From assembly GCA_964471475.1 (NCBI GenBank), contig CAYYFQ010000009.1:1337-65336 (forward strand): a DNA stretch of 64,000 nucleotides. Reading direction: 5' to 3'. Of this stretch, positions 9,684 to 21,646 are shown piece by piece; within the stretch, counting starts at the first letter, position 1; each line of letters starts with the position of its first letter. Source of the stretch: an uncultured Gammaproteobacteria bacterium (lineage in GTDB: Bacteria; Pseudomonadota; Gammaproteobacteria; CAISUE01). The notes below the pieces were generated by a model. It was not told the origin of the DNA. It saw nothing but the letters and a program-made list of their open reading frames with translations, and made no database searches. The translations under genes and the position numbers were made by a program.

Positions 9684-10301
9684 ATGCAAGTTCAATCTTT
9701 AAATTTAGATAACAAAAAAGCTACTTCGTTTGAAGTGATGGATGACTTTTTTAACGCACCTTATCGTGAGTCTTTGATTCATCAGGTGGTGACGGCGTAT
9801 CAAGCGGGTGCGCGAGCTGGTACTAAACAACAAAAAACACGTGCTGAAGTGAGAGGTGGTGGTGCTAAACCCTGGAAGCAAAAAGGATCAGGTCGCGCGC
9901 GTGCTGGTACTACACGTGGTCCTATTTGGCGTAAGGGTGGTGTGACTTTTGCCGCTCGTCCACAAGATCATTCACAAAAAGTTAATAAAAAAATGTATCG
10001 AGTGGCTATCCAATCGATAGTTTCTGAATTATTACGTACGGGTCGCTTAATGATTGTTGATAAAATCGATGTGAGCGAACCTAAAACTAAAGCAGCTTTA
10101 GCGCTGTTGGCTAATTTTGATTCACGGAATGTCTTATTAATTCCAGAAGAAATTACTGAATCACTTTATTTGGCGGTAAGAAATCTACATCAAGTAGGTT
10201 TATGTGATGTTTATTCAATTGATCCTGTAAGTCTAGTTCGTTTTGAAAAAATTATTATGACGCCTGAATCTATTCGTCAATTACAGGAACAATTTGTATG
10301 A
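9684..10301 (+). CDS. rplD: 50S ribosomal protein L4
   Basis: Start moved to ATG 9684 (MQVQSLNLD...), just after the rplC stop. L4 motifs GGGAKPWKQKGSGRARAG. Confidence 0.95.
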   Translation: MQVQSLNLDNKKATSFEVMDDFFNAPYRESLIHQVVTAYQAGARAGTKQQKTRAEVRGGGAKPWKQKGSGRARAGTTRGPIWRKGGVTFAARPQDHSQKVNKKMYRVAIQSIVSELLRTGRLMIVDKIDVSEPKTKAALALLANFDSRNVLLIPEEITESLYLAVRNLHQVGLCDVYSIDPVSLVRFEKIIMTPESIRQLQEQFV

Positions 10302-10600
10302 GTACTCAACATCACTTAACACAAATCATTATCGCGCCGGTAGTGACAGAAAAATCTCATCGCTTAACTGAAACACAAAAAACAATTGTTTTTAAAGTGC
10401 AACCTAAAGCTTCTAAAGCGCAAATTTCGGAAGCTATAGAAAAATTATTTGATGTAAAAGTTGCGCAAGTGCGCACTGTTTCTATCAAAGGGAAAACAAA
10501 AACTTTTGCAGGCAAGGTAGGTAAGCGCGCTAATATTAAAAAAGCATACGTTACGTTAAAAGAAGGTTTTGATATTAATTTTGCAGCACAAGCACAATAG
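10298..10600 (+). CDS. rplW: 50S ribosomal protein L23
   Basis: 100 aa. Conserved position and sequence (PVVTEKS...). Confidence 0.97.
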   Translation: MSTQHHLTQIIIAPVVTEKSHRLTETQKTIVFKVQPKASKAQISEAIEKLFDVKVAQVRTVSIKGKTKTFAGKVGKRANIKKAYVTLKEGFDINFAAQAQ

Positions 10601-10620
10601 ATGATTCAAGGTAAAATATT

Positions 10621-11454
10621 ATGGCAATAGTTAAAACTCGTCCCACCTCTCCTGGTAGACGTTTCGTTATTAAAATAGTACGTGGTGCTTTGTCAAAAGC
10701 AGTGCGTCCTCCTAAGGGTTTAAAAGCTAAATTAAAATCGAACGCGGGTCGTAACAACACAGGACGTATTACCGTCCGACATATGGGAGGCGGTCATAAA
10801 CGTACTTATCGTCTTATCGATTTTAAACGTACTAAAGATGGTATTCCAGCTACGGTTGAATCGATTCAATATGACCCCAATCGTTCTGCCAATATTGCTT
10901 TACTATTGTATGCGGATGGCGAGCGTCGATACATTTTATGCCCACGCGGTTTAGAAGTTGGAGCTAAGGTGCAATCGGGTAGTGATGCTCCTATTGTGAT
11001 AGGTAATTCGATGGAATTAAAAGATCTTCCTATTGGTACGGTAGTGCATAATATTGAATTGAAGCCTGGTAAAGGCGGTCAGTTGGCAAGATCTGCAGGG
11101 GCTTCCGCTCAATTGATTTCAAAAGATGGTGGGTATGCAGTTATTCGTTTGAAGTCTGGTGAAACGCGTAAAATATTAGTGAAAGCGCGTGCTACGATTG
11201 GCGAAGTAGGTAATGAAGAGCACAACCTTATTTCTTTGGGTAAAGCAGGTGCTAAAAGATGGCGTGGTGTAAGGCCGACGGTACGTGGTGTGGCCATGAA
11301 TCCAGTTGACCATCCGCATGGTGGTGGGGAAGGAAAAACTTCAGGAGGGCGTCATCCTGTTACTCCGTGGGGTATTGCAACAAAAGGTTATAAGACGCGT
11401 AGTAATAAGCGCACTTCAAATATGATTATTAGCAAAAGAAAAGGTAGGGGATAA
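10621..11454 (+). CDS. rplB: 50S ribosomal protein L2
   Basis: 277 aa. Contains [18 protein letters not shown]. Confidence 0.98.
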   Translation: MAIVKTRPTSPGRRFVIKIVRGALSKAVRPPKGLKAKLKSNAGRNNTGRITVRHMGGGHKRTYRLIDFKRTKDGIPATVESIQYDPNRSANIALLLYADGERRYILCPRGLEVGAKVQSGSDAPIVIGNSMELKDLPIGTVVHNIELKPGKGGQLARSAGASAQLISKDGGYAVIRLKSGETRKILVKARATIGEVGNEEHNLISLGKAGAKRWRGVRPTVRGVAMNPVDHPHGGGEGKTSGGRHPVTPWGIATKGYKTRSNKRTSNMIISKRKGRG

Positions 11455-11457
11455 TTT

Positions 11458-11751
11458 GTGGCTCGTTCATTAAAAAAAGGTCCGTATATTGATCATCACT
11501 TGTTAAATAAAGTACTTGATTCTGTTGAAACGTCGAATAAAAAACCAATCAAAACCTGGTCACGTCGTTCAATCATTATGCCAGAAATGATTGGTTTAAC
11601 ACTGAACGTTCATAATGGAAAAGTTTTTATCCCTGTGTTTGTAACTGAAAATATGGTGGGTCATAAGTTGGGTGAGTTTGCTCCTACACGCACGTTCAAA
11701 GGGCATTCGGGTGTAGATAAAAAAGCGGCAGATGCTAAGAAAGGTGAATAA
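11458..11751 (+). CDS. rpsS: 30S ribosomal protein S19
   Basis: GTG start. [15 protein letters not shown]...[16 protein letters not shown]. Confidence 0.97.
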   Translation: MARSLKKGPYIDHHLLNKVLDSVETSNKKPIKTWSRRSIIMPEMIGLTLNVHNGKVFIPVFVTENMVGHKLGEFAPTRTFKGHSGVDKKAADAKKGE

Positions 11752-11752
11752 T

Positions 11753-12094
11753 ATGGCAACAACACAAGCAAAATTAACTAACGCTCGCGTATCTCCGCAA
11801 AAAGCACGTTTAGTTGCTGATCAGATTCGTGGAAAATCAGTAGACAATGCGTTAGATGTTTTAAATTTTGGATTACAAAAAAGCCATGAGCTTTTCAGAA
11901 AATTATTAAATTCAGCTATCGCAAATGCAGAAAATAATTTTTCTGCAGATGTTGATGACTTAAAAATTACTGAAGTGACGGTTGATGCTGGTTCTACATT
12001 AAAGAGAATGCATCCACGAGCAAAGGGGCGGGGTAATCGCATTTTAAAGCGTACTTCACATATTAAGATTGTTCTCCAAGAAGAGGCGAGGTAA
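11753..12094 (+). CDS. rplV: 50S ribosomal protein L22
   Basis: Start moved to ATG 11753 ([25 protein letters not shown]). Confidence 0.95.
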   Translation: MATTQAKLTNARVSPQKARLVADQIRGKSVDNALDVLNFGLQKSHELFRKLLNSAIANAENNFSADVDDLKITEVTVDAGSTLKRMHPRAKGRGNRILKRTSHIKIVLQEEAR

Positions 12095-12096
12095 AA

Positions 12097-12741
12097 ATGG
12101 GGCAGAAAGTTCATCCGGTCGGTATGCGACTCGGAGCAAGAAAAATTAAAGACTGGTCGTCTAAATGGTATGCGCATGGTAAAAAGTTTTCTGAAACTTT
12201 AATTTCTGACCATAAAGCACGTTTGTTTTTACAAAAAGAATTTGCAGCAGCAGGGATTGCCAGAATCGTTATTGAGCGTTTAACAAAAACAGCAAAAATA
12301 GTTATTTTTGCGGCAAAGCCTGGCATTATTATTGGTAAAAAAGGCGAAGACATTGAAAAAGTTCGTCAAAAATTGTCTCAATTATTAGGTGTGCAAGTGC
12401 ACATTAATATTGAAGAGGTGAAAAAGCCAGAGGTAAACGCTAAGTTGATTGCTGATTCCATTTGTCAACAACTTGAACGTCGTGTGATGTTTAGACGAGC
12501 AATGAAAAAAGCAGTGAATGCTGCTTTAAAAGCAGGAGCTAAAGGAATTAAAATTACTGTTTCTGGTCGTTTAGGCGGTGCCGAAATTGCACGGACAGAA
12601 TGGTATCGAGAAGGACGTGTTCCTTTGCACACCTTACGAGCAGACATCGATTATGCTTTGTCAGAAGCAAAAACCACCTATGGCATTATTGGGGTGAAAG
12701 TTTGGGTTTACAAAGGCGATGTTTTTGAAACCACCGAATAA
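12097..12741 (+). CDS. rpsC: 30S ribosomal protein S3
   Basis: [13 protein letters not shown]... is canonical S3. Confidence 0.98.
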   Translation: MGQKVHPVGMRLGARKIKDWSSKWYAHGKKFSETLISDHKARLFLQKEFAAAGIARIVIERLTKTAKIVIFAAKPGIIIGKKGEDIEKVRQKLSQLLGVQVHINIEEVKKPEVNAKLIADSICQQLERRVMFRRAMKKAVNAALKAGAKGIKITVSGRLGGAEIARTEWYREGRVPLHTLRADIDYALSEAKTTYGIIGVKVWVYKGDVFETTE

Positions 12742-12764
12742 ATTTTATTGAGTAAAGTGTCATC

Positions 12765-13178
12765 ATGTTGCAACCTAAAAGAACGAAGTTTCGTAAGCAG
12801 TTTAAGGGAAGAAATCGAGGAATGGCTACGAGTGGTGCTCGAGTCAGCTTTGGCCAATTTGGCTTAAAAAGCACCGAGGCTGGCAGAATTACTGCTCGTC
12901 AAATTGAAGCCGCACGTCGTGCGATGACTCGATATATTAAACGGGGCGGTAAAGTTTGGATTCGTATTTTTCCAGACAAACCCATTACTAAAAAACCATT
13001 GGAAGTTCGTCAAGGTAAGGGTAAGGGGAATGTCGAATATTGGGTAGCGGTTATTCAGCCTGGCAAAATGTTGTTTGAGCTTGAAGGTATTCCTGAAAAT
13101 GTAGCGCGTGAAGCTTTTACACTTGCTGCTGCCAAGCTACCGTTAAAAACTGTATTTGAGATTAGGACATTATTGTAA
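12765..13178 (+). CDS. rplP: 50S ribosomal protein L16
   Basis: [19 protein letters not shown]... is canonical L16. Confidence 0.98.
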   Translation: MLQPKRTKFRKQFKGRNRGMATSGARVSFGQFGLKSTEAGRITARQIEAARRAMTRYIKRGGKVWIRIFPDKPITKKPLEVRQGKGKGNVEYWVAVIQPGKMLFELEGIPENVAREAFTLAAAKLPLKTVFEIRTLL

Positions 13179-13375
13179 TGAGTAAGAAAAAAAACTATGC
13201 TGAGCTTTCTTCAGAGGCATTAAAAAATGAATTAACAAGTTTATTAAAAGAACGTTTTAATATTCATATGCAAAAAGTCAGCGGCCAAGCAGTCAAAACG
13301 CATTTATTGCGTGAAATTCGCAAAAATGTGGCGCGCATCAAAATGTTGTTAGCGATGAAAGGGGTAAAAGTATGA
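13178..13375 (+). CDS. rpmC: 50S ribosomal protein L29
   Basis: 65 aa. Conserved position, TAATG overlap with rplP. Confidence 0.93.
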   Translation: MSKKKNYAELSSEALKNELTSLLKERFNIHMQKVSGQAVKTHLLREIRKNVARIKMLLAMKGVKV

Positions 13376-13644
13376 CAACAACAGCGACTACAAAAAAACA
13401 TCAGCAACCGCTCATGGGTAAAGTAATTAGTAACAAAATGGAAAAAACGATCGTCGTACGTATCGATGATATTATGAAAGATCCTACGTATAAAAAATAT
13501 GTGAAACGTTACCGTCATGTGATGGCGCATGATAATGAGAATCAATGCAATATCGGCGATACAGTAATGATTTCTCAGGCTAAGCCTTATTCTCGAAAAA
13601 AAGCTTGGACCTTGGTAAAAATAATCGAAAACGCTAAAGTGTAA
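13372..13644 (+). CDS. rpsQ: 30S ribosomal protein S17
   Basis: 90 aa. G.V.S.KM.KTIVV motif; conserved position. Confidence 0.95.
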   Translation: MTTTATTKKHQQPLMGKVISNKMEKTIVVRIDDIMKDPTYKKYVKRYRHVMAHDNENQCNIGDTVMISQAKPYSRKKAWTLVKIIENAKV

Positions 13645-13653
13645 GGTGAAGTT

Positions 13654-14022
13654 ATGATTCAAATGCAATCGGAAATGGATGTTGCCGACAATAGTGGTGC
13701 TAAACGTGTGATGTGTATTAAAGTCTTAGGGGGCTCGCATCGTCGTTATGCTTCTGTCGGCGACATTATACGGGTGAGTATTAAAGATGCAGTACCCCGT
13801 GGCAAAGTTAAAAAAGGGGATGTCTATTTTGCGGTGATTGTCCGTACAAAAAAAGGCATTCGCAGAACGGATGGATCGGCGATACGTTTTGACTCAAACT
13901 CAGTAGTGTTATTAAACGCACAACATCAACCAATTGGTACGCGTGTTTTTGGGCCAGTATTGCGTGAGTTGCGTAGTGAAAAATTTATGAAAATTATTTC
14001 ACTTGCTGAAGAAGTTATTTAG
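13654..14022 (+). CDS. rplN: 50S ribosomal protein L14
   Basis: [15 protein letters not shown]... is canonical L14. Confidence 0.98.
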   Translation: MIQMQSEMDVADNSGAKRVMCIKVLGGSHRRYASVGDIIRVSIKDAVPRGKVKKGDVYFAVIVRTKKGIRRTDGSAIRFDSNSVVLLNAQHQPIGTRVFGPVLRELRSEKFMKIISLAEEVI

Positions 14023-14052
14023 AACTATTTATAAAGAATCAGAGAGGGGATT

Positions 14053-14382
14053 GTGAATAAAATTAAAGTAGGGGATGAGGTACAAATCATCGCCGGTCGA
14101 GATAAAGGCAAAAGAGGGAAAGTGCTGAAGTTTTTCATCAAGAAAGGCATCAAGCGCGTTGTGGTGGAAGGTGTCAACATGGTTAAAAAACATGTTCGCC
14201 CTAATCCACAGCTCAATGTTCAAGGAGGTATTGTTGAGCAAGAATCCAGTCTGGATTATTCCAATATTGCTTTGTTTGATGTGCAATCTGGCAAACCTGG
14301 AAAAGTAGGTATTAAATACACAGAAGACGGCAAAAAAGTCCGTTATTTTAAATCAACTAATCAAGTAATCGAACAGGCGTAA
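14053..14382 (+). CDS. rplX: 50S ribosomal protein L24
   Basis: GTG start after [33 protein letters not shown] motif. Confidence 0.95.
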   Translation: MNKIKVGDEVQIIAGRDKGKRGKVLKFFIKKGIKRVVVEGVNMVKKHVRPNPQLNVQGGIVEQESSLDYSNIALFDVQSGKPGKVGIKYTEDGKKVRYFKSTNQVIEQA

Positions 14383-14384
14383 CT

Positions 14385-14924
14385 ATGACAGAGTTCGAAA
14401 ATTTATATAAAACTAAAATTGTCTCTGCTTTACAAAAACAATTTAAGTATAAAAATGTATTAATGGTTCCTAAGATTGAGAAAATTACCCTCAATATGGG
14501 AGTTGGGGAAGCGGCGGCAGATAAAAAACACTTAAACAGTGCGCTCAATTTATTAACGAAGATTTCTGGCCAAAAACCGGTGGTTACTAAAGCTAAAAAT
14601 TCGATTGCAGGCTTTAAGATTCGTGAGGAATGGCCTATTGGTTGTAAAGTCACATTGCGTCGTAAGCGCATGTATGAATTTTTGGAGCGCTTGATTACCG
14701 TAGCAATTCCTAGGATACGAGATTTTCGTGGTTTAAAATCTAATTTAGATGGCCGTGGAAATTACTCAATGGGCTTAAGGGATTGTTCTGTATTTCCAGA
14801 AATTAATTATGAAGATATGGATACCCTGTTGGGGATGGATGTAACTATTACTACTTCGGCTAAAACAGATGCAGAAGCTAAAGTATTATTACTTAATTTT
14901 GATTTTCCTTTTAGAGATCGTTAA
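14385..14924 (+). CDS. rplE: 50S ribosomal protein L5
   Basis: 179 aa. Canonical L5 sequence and position. Confidence 0.97.
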   Translation: MTEFENLYKTKIVSALQKQFKYKNVLMVPKIEKITLNMGVGEAAADKKHLNSALNLLTKISGQKPVVTKAKNSIAGFKIREEWPIGCKVTLRRKRMYEFLERLITVAIPRIRDFRGLKSNLDGRGNYSMGLRDCSVFPEINYEDMDTLLGMDVTITTSAKTDAEAKVLLLNFDFPFRDR

Positions 14925-14926
14925 AA

Positions 14927-15232
14927 ATGGCTAAAAAATCTATCGTCAATCGTGAAACAAAGCGTAGAAAAATGGTGGCGCGCTATAAAAACCAGCGTGC
15001 TAAATTACTTGCGGTTTCAAAAGACATTAATGCAAGTGAAGAAGAGCGATATGAAGCGCGTTTGAAGTTACAAAAGCTTCCACGCAATTCATCAGCGACA
15101 CGCTTAAGAAATCGTTGTGCTATTACTGGTCGTCCTCGAGGAGTGTATCGTAAGTTTGGACTTTCTCGTTCGATGCTACGTCAATTAGCGATGCGTGGCG
15201 AAATTCCTGGAGTAGTAAAATCCAGTTGGTAA
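14927..15232 (+). CDS. rpsN: 30S ribosomal protein S14
   Basis: 101 aa, ends ...[13 protein letters not shown]. Confidence 0.97.
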   Translation: MAKKSIVNRETKRRKMVARYKNQRAKLLAVSKDINASEEERYEARLKLQKLPRNSSATRLRNRCAITGRPRGVYRKFGLSRSMLRQLAMRGEIPGVVKSSW

Positions 15233-15261
15233 TTTAATTTATTGAGGTTAGGTTTCATATT

Positions 15262-15657
15262 ATGACAATGCAAGATCCCATTGCTGATTTAATTAATCGC
15301 ATCAATAATGCTAGCTTAATGCGTAAGCCATCTTTATTAGTGCCCTCATCAAAACTTAAAGTAGCGATTGCCGCCACTTTGCAAAATGAAGGCTATATTG
15401 AAAGTTTTCGCGAAGAAGAAAAAAATGGACGTCGTCTATTACATATTGTGTTGAAATATGCTGATGGCAAGCCATTGATTTCTAAGTTACAACGCGTGAG
15501 TAAGCCTGGTTGTCGTCGTTATTCTGGAGTATCTCACTTGCCTAAAGTGATCGACGGTTATGGTGTGGCTATTGTGACTACTTCTAAAGGTGTTATGTCT
15601 GATGCGCAAGCCCGCCAGTTGAATCTGGGTGGCGAAATATTATGTTATGTATTTTAA
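15262..15657 (+). CDS. rpsH: 30S ribosomal protein S8
   Basis: MQDPIADLINRINNA... is canonical S8. Confidence 0.97.
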   Translation: MTMQDPIADLINRINNASLMRKPSLLVPSSKLKVAIAATLQNEGYIESFREEEKNGRRLLHIVLKYADGKPLISKLQRVSKPGCRRYSGVSHLPKVIDGYGVAIVTTSKGVMSDAQARQLNLGGEILCYVF

Positions 15658-15674
15658 TGATGGATTAAATTTTT

Positions 15675-16223
15675 ATGTCTTCAATATCACGAATTGCTAA
15701 ATCACCCATTAAAATTCCGGGTGGTGTCAACATTAAAATTGACAACAAAATGGTAACGGTGACGGGGCCAAAGGGTGCTGTCAGTCAAAATTTATTAACA
15801 GATGGGGTTTCTATTAATATCCTTGATGGCAAAGAAGCTCAAGTGGTCGCTACTACTAATGGAACCACTTTAAAACAAGTTACCGGAACAGTAGGGGCTT
15901 TGTTAAAAAATTTGATTTATGGAGTGACAACTGGCTTCGAACTTAAATTAGAATTAGTAGGTGTCGGTTATCGTGCACAGGCGCAAGGAAAGAAATTAAA
16001 CTTAACATTAGGATTTTCTCATCCTGTTGTTTTTGATGTGCCGACAGGAATCACGATTGAAACCCCTAGTCAAACTGAAATTTTGGTTAAAGGTGCGGAT
16101 AAAAATCTTGTTGGGCAAGTGGCTGCAAAAATTCGTCGTTATAGACCGCCCGAGCCTTATAAAGGGAAAGGTATTCGCTTTGCAGGTGAGGCGATTAAGA
16201 TTAAAGAAACCAAGAAAAAATAA
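15675..16223 (+). CDS. rplF: 50S ribosomal protein L6
   Basis: SRIAKSPIKIP.GV... is canonical L6. Confidence 0.97.
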   Translation: MSSISRIAKSPIKIPGGVNIKIDNKMVTVTGPKGAVSQNLLTDGVSINILDGKEAQVVATTNGTTLKQVTGTVGALLKNLIYGVTTGFELKLELVGVGYRAQAQGKKLNLTLGFSHPVVFDVPTGITIETPSQTEILVKGADKNLVGQVAAKIRRYRPPEPYKGKGIRFAGEAIKIKETKKK

Positions 16224-16232
16224 GGTGAAGCC

Positions 16233-16583
16233 ATGAAAAATACTACGGCAAGATTACGTCGAGCGAAAAAAACTCGAGGCATCATTAAAAGAGTGGAAGC
16301 TCAACGTATTTCGATCTATAAATCGAACCAACATATCTATGCTCAATTATTAGATCTGGATGGCAAGGTATTAGCTTCAGCTTCTACAGTGGAAAAAGCA
16401 TTTAAAGCACAAAATGCCAAACAAACTAAATGTGATGCAGCTGCTTGGGTAGGAGCTGAAATTGCTAAAAAAGCATTGGCTTTAAATATTAAAGAAGTAG
16501 CTTTCGATCGTTCAGGCTTTATGTATCATGGCCGTGTGAGACGTTTAGCAGAGGCAGCGCGTGAAGCTGGTTTAGGATTTTAA
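16233..16583 (+). CDS. rplR: 50S ribosomal protein L18
   Basis: 116 aa. ...FDRSGFMYHGRVRRLAEAAREAGL. Confidence 0.97.
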   Translation: MKNTTARLRRAKKTRGIIKRVEAQRISIYKSNQHIYAQLLDLDGKVLASASTVEKAFKAQNAKQTKCDAAAWVGAEIAKKALALNIKEVAFDRSGFMYHGRVRRLAEAAREAGLGF

Positions 16584-16605
16584 ATAAATAATTAAGGTAA
16601 TAACC

Positions 16606-17118
16606 ATGACAAGTTTTGATCAATCCACTAACAGTGATGGTCTTATTGAAAAATTAGTTGAAGTTAAAAGAATTGCAAAAACTGTAAAAGGCGGCCGCAT
16701 TTTTAGTTTTAGCGCTTTAGTCGCTGTGGGAGATGGAAAAGGCCGGATTGGAATAGGGAGTGGTAAAGCTAAAGAAGTTCCAGTGGCCATTCAAAAAGCT
16801 ATGTACGCAGCTCGCCGTAACATGGTAAAAGTAGAACTTAATGGCACTACGATCTTACATCGTGCGGAATCACGCTTTGGCGCATCTAAAGTGGTGATGC
16901 TCCCAGCCTCTGAAGGTACGGGTATTATCGCTGGGGGTGCCGCTCGTGCGGTATTTGAAGTCTTGGGTGTAGGCAATGTGTTAGCTAAGATTGTAGGTTC
17001 CAGTAACTCTAAAAATGTTATTCGTGCTGTCCTTAATGGATTATTAGCGATGGCGAGCCCTGAAACCATTGCTAGAAGACGTGGTAAGACTGTTGAAGAA
17101 TTAAATATTAACGCCTGA
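16606..17118 (+). CDS. rpsE: 30S ribosomal protein S5
   Basis: 170 aa. [20 protein letters not shown]... Confidence 0.97.
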   Translation: MTSFDQSTNSDGLIEKLVEVKRIAKTVKGGRIFSFSALVAVGDGKGRIGIGSGKAKEVPVAIQKAMYAARRNMVKVELNGTTILHRAESRFGASKVVMLPASEGTGIIAGGAARAVFEVLGVGNVLAKIVGSSNSKNVIRAVLNGLLAMASPETIARRRGKTVEELNINA

Positions 17119-17131
17119 TGAGATTAAAAAA

Positions 17132-17581
17132 ATGACTATGCAATTAAATACATTAAAACCTGCTCCTGGGTCAAAACCTAAAAAAACACGTTTAGGGCGT
17201 GGTATCGGTAGTGGCCTTGGTAAAACTTCCGGCCGCGGTCACAAAGGGCAAAAAGCACGTGCGGGGGGCTTCCACAAGGTGGGCTTTGAAGGTGGTCAAA
17301 TGCCATTACAACGCCGTTTGCCTAAGTTTGGTTTTAATTCACGCGTTAATTTAAATACCTTTACTTTGCGTTTAGTTGAATTGAACAAAGTGGAGCCCGG
17401 AGAAGTCGATTTATTGGTTTTGAAAGCAGCAAAACTCGTGCCTCATCGTGCAGACAAAGTAAAATTTGTTTTAAATGGCGAAATAACTGGGGCTTATATT
17501 CTGAAAGGTTTAAGCGTCACTAAGGGAGCTCGTGCGGCTATTGAAGCAAAAGGTGGAAAAATTATTGAGAGCCAGGAATAA
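17132..17581 (+). CDS. rplO: 50S ribosomal protein L15
   Basis: [35 protein letters not shown]. Begins 13 nt after rpsE, so no rpmD lies between them. Confidence 0.97.
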   Translation: MTMQLNTLKPAPGSKPKKTRLGRGIGSGLGKTSGRGHKGQKARAGGFHKVGFEGGQMPLQRRLPKFGFNSRVNLNTFTLRLVELNKVEPGEVDLLVLKAAKLVPHRADKVKFVLNGEITGAYILKGLSVTKGARAAIEAKGGKIIESQE

Positions 17582-17590
17582 TTTGTTTTC

Positions 17591-18895
17591 ATGAAAAGCC
17601 AAGCTCCTAAATTATCCACTAACAATGCGCCTTATAGAGAGGTGACCAAAAGGTTACTTTTCTTATTGTTGGCTTTATTGTTTTTTAGGTTAGGAGCTCA
17701 TATCCCTGTTCCTGGTTTAGATGCCCATAAAATTGCAAATTTAATTAATTCGCAAACGAATGGTTTTTTAGGTTTGTTTAACATGTTTTCAGGGAATGCT
17801 TTGTTGAGAATGTCGGTATTTTCTTTAGGAATTATGCCTTATATCTCAGCTTCCATTATCTTGCAATTGTTAACTTCTGTGTTACCGAGCTTGGAGCAGT
17901 TGAAAAAAGAAGGAGAGCAAGGCAGACGTAAAATTAATGAGTATACACGATATCTGACTTTATTTATTGCATTGTTGCAATCTATTGGGATATCAAAATG
18001 GTTAATGTCAGAAGGGGTGGTACAAATCCCAGCTTACAATTTTTATTTCTTATCCATTATTACGTTAGTGACCGGTACGATGATTGTTCTCTGGCTTGGC
18101 GAACAAATTACTGAGCGCGGAATAGGGAATGGTATTTCTATCATTATTTTTGCTGGAATTGTTTCAGGATTGCCTTCCGCGATTGCTCGTACTTTTGAGC
18201 AAGTTCGTCAAGGTCAATTAGCTTTTTTATCTTTGTTAGTGATTATAGCTGTTGTGTTTTTAGTGATCGCTTTTGTAGTGTTTATGGAGCGAGCACAGAG
18301 AAGGATTACTATTAATTATCCGCAACGTATGCAAGGCAAACGATTAATGGCAGCCCAAACATCGCATTTGCCATTTAAAATTAATATGTCAGGGGTGATA
18401 CCACCAATTTTTGCTTCTAGCATTATTTTGTTGCCAGCTTCATTACTGCAGTTTTTTGGCAGCTCACTTAACCATCATTTATGGTTGGCGCAATTGAATT
18501 TGGCTTTATCGCCGGGGCAGCCTTTGTGGGTAGCGCTTTATGCAGCAGCGATTATTTTCTTTTGTTTCTTTTACACCGCATTAGTGTTTAACCCAAAAGA
18601 AACTGCTGATAATTTGAAAAAATCAGGAGCATTTATTCCTGGGATCCGTCCTGGTGAGCAAACCGCTTCTTACATAGATTTAGTGATTACTCGACTCACT
18701 CTAGTTGGTGCCTTATATTTAGTGCTGGTGTCGTTATTACCCCAGTTCTTAATGTTGACATGGCATGTTCAGTTTTTCTTTGGAGGAACATCCTTGTTGA
18801 TTATTGTGGTCGTTACTATGGATTTTATGGCGCAACTACAATCGCATTTATTGTCCCAGCAGTATGAAAGTTTGTTGAATAAGAGTAAGTTTTAA
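17591..18895 (+). CDS. secY: preprotein translocase subunit SecY
   Basis: 434 aa, 10-TM protein at the conserved spc-operon position, with SecY motifs. Confidence 0.97.
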   Translation: MKSQAPKLSTNNAPYREVTKRLLFLLLALLFFRLGAHIPVPGLDAHKIANLINSQTNGFLGLFNMFSGNALLRMSVFSLGIMPYISASIILQLLTSVLPSLEQLKKEGEQGRRKINEYTRYLTLFIALLQSIGISKWLMSEGVVQIPAYNFYFLSIITLVTGTMIVLWLGEQITERGIGNGISIIIFAGIVSGLPSAIARTFEQVRQGQLAFLSLLVIIAVVFLVIAFVVFMERAQRRITINYPQRMQGKRLMAAQTSHLPFKINMSGVIPPIFASSIILLPASLLQFFGSSLNHHLWLAQLNLALSPGQPLWVALYAAAIIFFCFFYTALVFNPKETADNLKKSGAFIPGIRPGEQTASYIDLVITRLTLVGALYLVLVSLLPQFLMLTWHVQFFFGGTSLLIIVVVTMDFMAQLQSHLLSQQYESLLNKSKF

Positions 18896-18917
18896 GATTT
18901 TAATTAAGAGGTCAACT

Positions 18918-19031
18918 ATGAAAGTCAGAGCTTCGGTAAAACGTATTTGCCGTAATTGTAAAATAGTAAAACGTGGTCGTACAGTTCGTGTTATTTGTAA
19001 AGAAGCAAAACATAAGCAAAAACAAGGTTAA
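18918..19031 (+). CDS. rpmJ: 50S ribosomal protein L36 (not in the supplied ORF track)
   Basis: My own translation: [37 protein letters not shown], with GAGG 8 nt upstream. Canonical L36 with CxxC...C..H zinc ribbon. Confidence 0.93.
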   Translation: MKVRASVKRICRNCKIVKRGRTVRVICKEAKHKQKQG

Positions 19032-19100
19032 TTTAACTTGATTTTTAAAGGGTATTTATATTATCATTAACGTTTTTTTAATTTGCCAGGAGTAAAGTAA

Positions 19101-19457
19101 ATGGCGCGTATTGCGGGTGTTAATCTCCCACTTAATAAACACATTGGTATTGCGTTGACCTATATTTTTGGTCTAGGACGCCCTACTGCAAAACAAATTT
19201 GCGAAAAAGCAAAAGTTCATCTAGAAACTAAAACGAAAGATCTTTCCGAAGATCAGATAGAAAAACTACGTAAATTAGTTGCTGAATTTAAAGTAGAAGG
19301 TGATTTACGTCGTGAAAAAGCATTGGCGATTAAGCGATTAGTAGATCTAGGTTGTTATCGAGGGCTACGTCATCGTCGCGGTCTTCCGGTAAGAGGCCAG
19401 AGGACTCGTACGAATGCGAGAACTCGTAAAGGGCCACGAAAAGCAATCAAGAAGTAA
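19101..19457 (+). CDS. rpsM: 30S ribosomal protein S13
   Basis: [10 protein letters not shown]... is canonical S13. Confidence 0.98.
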   Translation: MARIAGVNLPLNKHIGIALTYIFGLGRPTAKQICEKAKVHLETKTKDLSEDQIEKLRKLVAEFKVEGDLRREKALAIKRLVDLGCYRGLRHRRGLPVRGQRTRTNARTRKGPRKAIKK

Positions 19458-19479
19458 TCCATAATTTAAAGGTAAGTAC

Positions 19480-19893
19480 ATGGCAAAAGCACCAGTAAAA
19501 TCTAAAGAAGTATTAAAGACACGAAAGAAAAAATCAAAGGGATCAATTGCTGAAGGAGTGATGCATATTGTTTCTTCGTTTAACAATACAATTATTAGTT
19601 GCACAGATATGCAAGGCAATGTGATTGCATGGTCAACTTCGGGCGCGTCAGGTTATCGGGGCTCCAAAAAAAGTACACCGTTTGCAGCGCAGGTAGCAAT
19701 GGAGAAAGTGGCGACTATTGCTCAAAAAGAATATGGGATGAAATTAGTAACGGTACTAGCGCGTGGGCCTGGTTCGGGTAGAGAGTCTTCTATCCGCGTT
19801 CTTATTAATTTAGGTTTTAAAATATCTGCCATTAAAGATAATACAGGTATTCCCCACAATGGTTGTCGTCCTCCAAAGCGACGTCGTGTTTAA
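19480..19893 (+). CDS. rpsK: 30S ribosomal protein S11
   Basis: ...[14 protein letters not shown]...[11 protein letters not shown]..., ends PPKRRRV. Confidence 0.98.
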   Translation: MAKAPVKSKEVLKTRKKKSKGSIAEGVMHIVSSFNNTIISCTDMQGNVIAWSTSGASGYRGSKKSTPFAAQVAMEKVATIAQKEYGMKLVTVLARGPGSGRESSIRVLINLGFKISAIKDNTGIPHNGCRPPKRRRV

Positions 19894-19923
19894 AGAAAGC
19901 AATTAACGAGAGAGAAAACATTC

Positions 19924-20544
19924 ATGGCAAGGTATATTGGACCAAAATGTAGATTATCAAGAGCGCTGGGGATGGATTTATCCTTAAAATCCGGCGTACG
20001 CAATTTAGATACAAAATGTAAAGCGGATAAACGCCCAGGGCAACATGGTAGTATGAAACCCCGAGTTTCTGACTATGCAGCGCAGCTCCATCAAAAACAA
20101 ATTTTAAGACATGTTTATGGGGTGTTAGAAAGACAGTTCCGTAATTACTATAAAAAAGCAGCACGTGCTAAGCAATCAACAGGCTTAGTGCTTTTGCAAT
20201 TATTAGAATCACGTTTAGATAATATCGTGTACCGCGCAGGTTTTGCAGCAACTCGTGCTGAAGCCCGTCAATTGGTGTCGCATTGTGCTATTTTGTTAAA
20301 TGGCAAAGTAGTTAATATTCCTTCTTGTCAAGTAGCTCCAGGAGATGTGGTTTCTATTCGTGAAAAAGCACGAGATCAGTCCCGCATTGCTTCAGCTATC
20401 CAAGTAAGCGCACAACGTCCTGCTACTGATTGGTTGGAAGTTGAAGCCGATAAATATCAAGTGGCTTATAAACGTTTACCAGATAGGACAGACTTGCCAA
20501 GCGAATATAATGAAAACCTCGTGGTAGAATTGTATTCTAAGTAA
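19924..20544 (+). CDS. rpsD: 30S ribosomal protein S4
   Basis: [13 protein letters not shown]... is canonical S4. Confidence 0.98.
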   Translation: MARYIGPKCRLSRALGMDLSLKSGVRNLDTKCKADKRPGQHGSMKPRVSDYAAQLHQKQILRHVYGVLERQFRNYYKKAARAKQSTGLVLLQLLESRLDNIVYRAGFAATRAEARQLVSHCAILLNGKVVNIPSCQVAPGDVVSIREKARDQSRIASAIQVSAQRPATDWLEVEADKYQVAYKRLPDRTDLPSEYNENLVVELYSK

Positions 20545-20550
20545 GTTTAC

Positions 20551-20582
20551 TTTAGTGCTTTCGCACTAAAATTTTTTATTTT
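20551..20582 (+). terminator. AT-rich hairpin plus T-run between rpsD and rpoA (possible attenuator)
   Basis: tttagtgc-tttc-gcactaaa followed by attttttatttt. Confidence 0.35.
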
Positions 20583-20661
20583 AGTTAAGAGTGTGGTGAC
20601 AATTCGTTTATAGGTAGGCTTGTCACTGTACCCTAATCTCAACGTCAGTTAAGGTGAGTAA

Positions 20662-21609
20662 ATGCCAAATATTAATGTTCGTCAATTAGATTCAGTTTGT
20701 GCACAAGTTGTCCTCGAGCCACTTAATCGTGGGTTTGGATATACATTAGGTAATGCACTTCGTCGAGTATTACTCTCTTCTATCACGGGTGCTGCACCTA
20801 CCGAGGTGGTTATTAAAGATGTTGAGCATGAATATGCGACGATTCCAGGTGTCTTAGAAGATGTGATTAACATCATTTTGAATATTAAAGGCATTCACTT
20901 TGTATTAAAAGACAAGGATTCTGTAGAATTAAAGCTTAAAGCTAAAGGCCCAGGTGTGGTTAAAGCGGCAGATATCACTTTACCCCACGACGTAGAAATT
21001 TTTAATCCAGAGCATATTATTGCGCATTTAACACAAGCTAAGTCTTTAGAAATGACTATTCGTGTACAATCTGGTAAAGGTTTTGTTCCTGCTTCTCAAC
21101 TAGAAAAAACTCAAGCAGAAGAAGAATTATTAGAACACAAAAAAGTAGGTACTACTGAAGGCAATGTCATTTATTTGGATGCCAGCTTCACGCCAATTCG
21201 TAAAGTTTCTTATACGGTAGAAAATGCGCGTGTAGAACAAAAAACTGACTTTGATCGTTTAGTATTAGATATTGAAACTACAGGTACCATTTCTCCTGCA
21301 GAAGCAGTTGCTCAAGCAGCGAAAATATTGCAAGAAGAATTGGCGCCGTTCTCCGGTATCACCGCGGATGCGCTAAATATATCCCCGCGTGATCAAGGAG
21401 ATATTTTACTAGCTCCCGTTGATGAGCTTGAGCTCACTGTGCGTTCGGCGAATGCTTTAAAAACAGAACGTATTTTAACTGTTCGTGATTTGGCTTTAAT
21501 GACGGAAGACCAACTGATGTCAATGCCAAATTTAGGTAAAAAATCATTAGTAGAAATTAAACAAGCGCTCTTTAACCATGGTTTGCACCTTGGTATGGAG
21601 AATATTTAA
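20662..21609 (+). CDS. rpoA: DNA-directed RNA polymerase subunit alpha
   Basis: 315 aa. [23 protein letters not shown] and alpha-[15 protein letters not shown]. Confidence 0.97.
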   Translation: MPNINVRQLDSVCAQVVLEPLNRGFGYTLGNALRRVLLSSITGAAPTEVVIKDVEHEYATIPGVLEDVINIILNIKGIHFVLKDKDSVELKLKAKGPGVVKAADITLPHDVEIFNPEHIIAHLTQAKSLEMTIRVQSGKGFVPASQLEKTQAEEELLEHKKVGTTEGNVIYLDASFTPIRKVSYTVENARVEQKTDFDRLVLDIETTGTISPAEAVAQAAKILQEELAPFSGITADALNISPRDQGDILLAPVDELELTVRSANALKTERILTVRDLALMTEDQLMSMPNLGKKSLVEIKQALFNHGLHLGMENI

Positions 21610-21646
21610 GCGCTTAAATATTTATATTTAGAAAAAAGGTATTTAT

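Noticed and set aside
9384-17069. Shadow ORFs within the ribosomal-protein operons, e.g. 9384..9590(+), 10575..10760(-), 11109..11297(-), 11821..12177(-), 12111..12353(-), 13264..13668(-), 14025..14286(-), 14357..14671(-), 16027..16236(+), 16791..17069(-)
   Set aside because: All overlap canonical r-protein genes on the other strand or frame. No homology signal.
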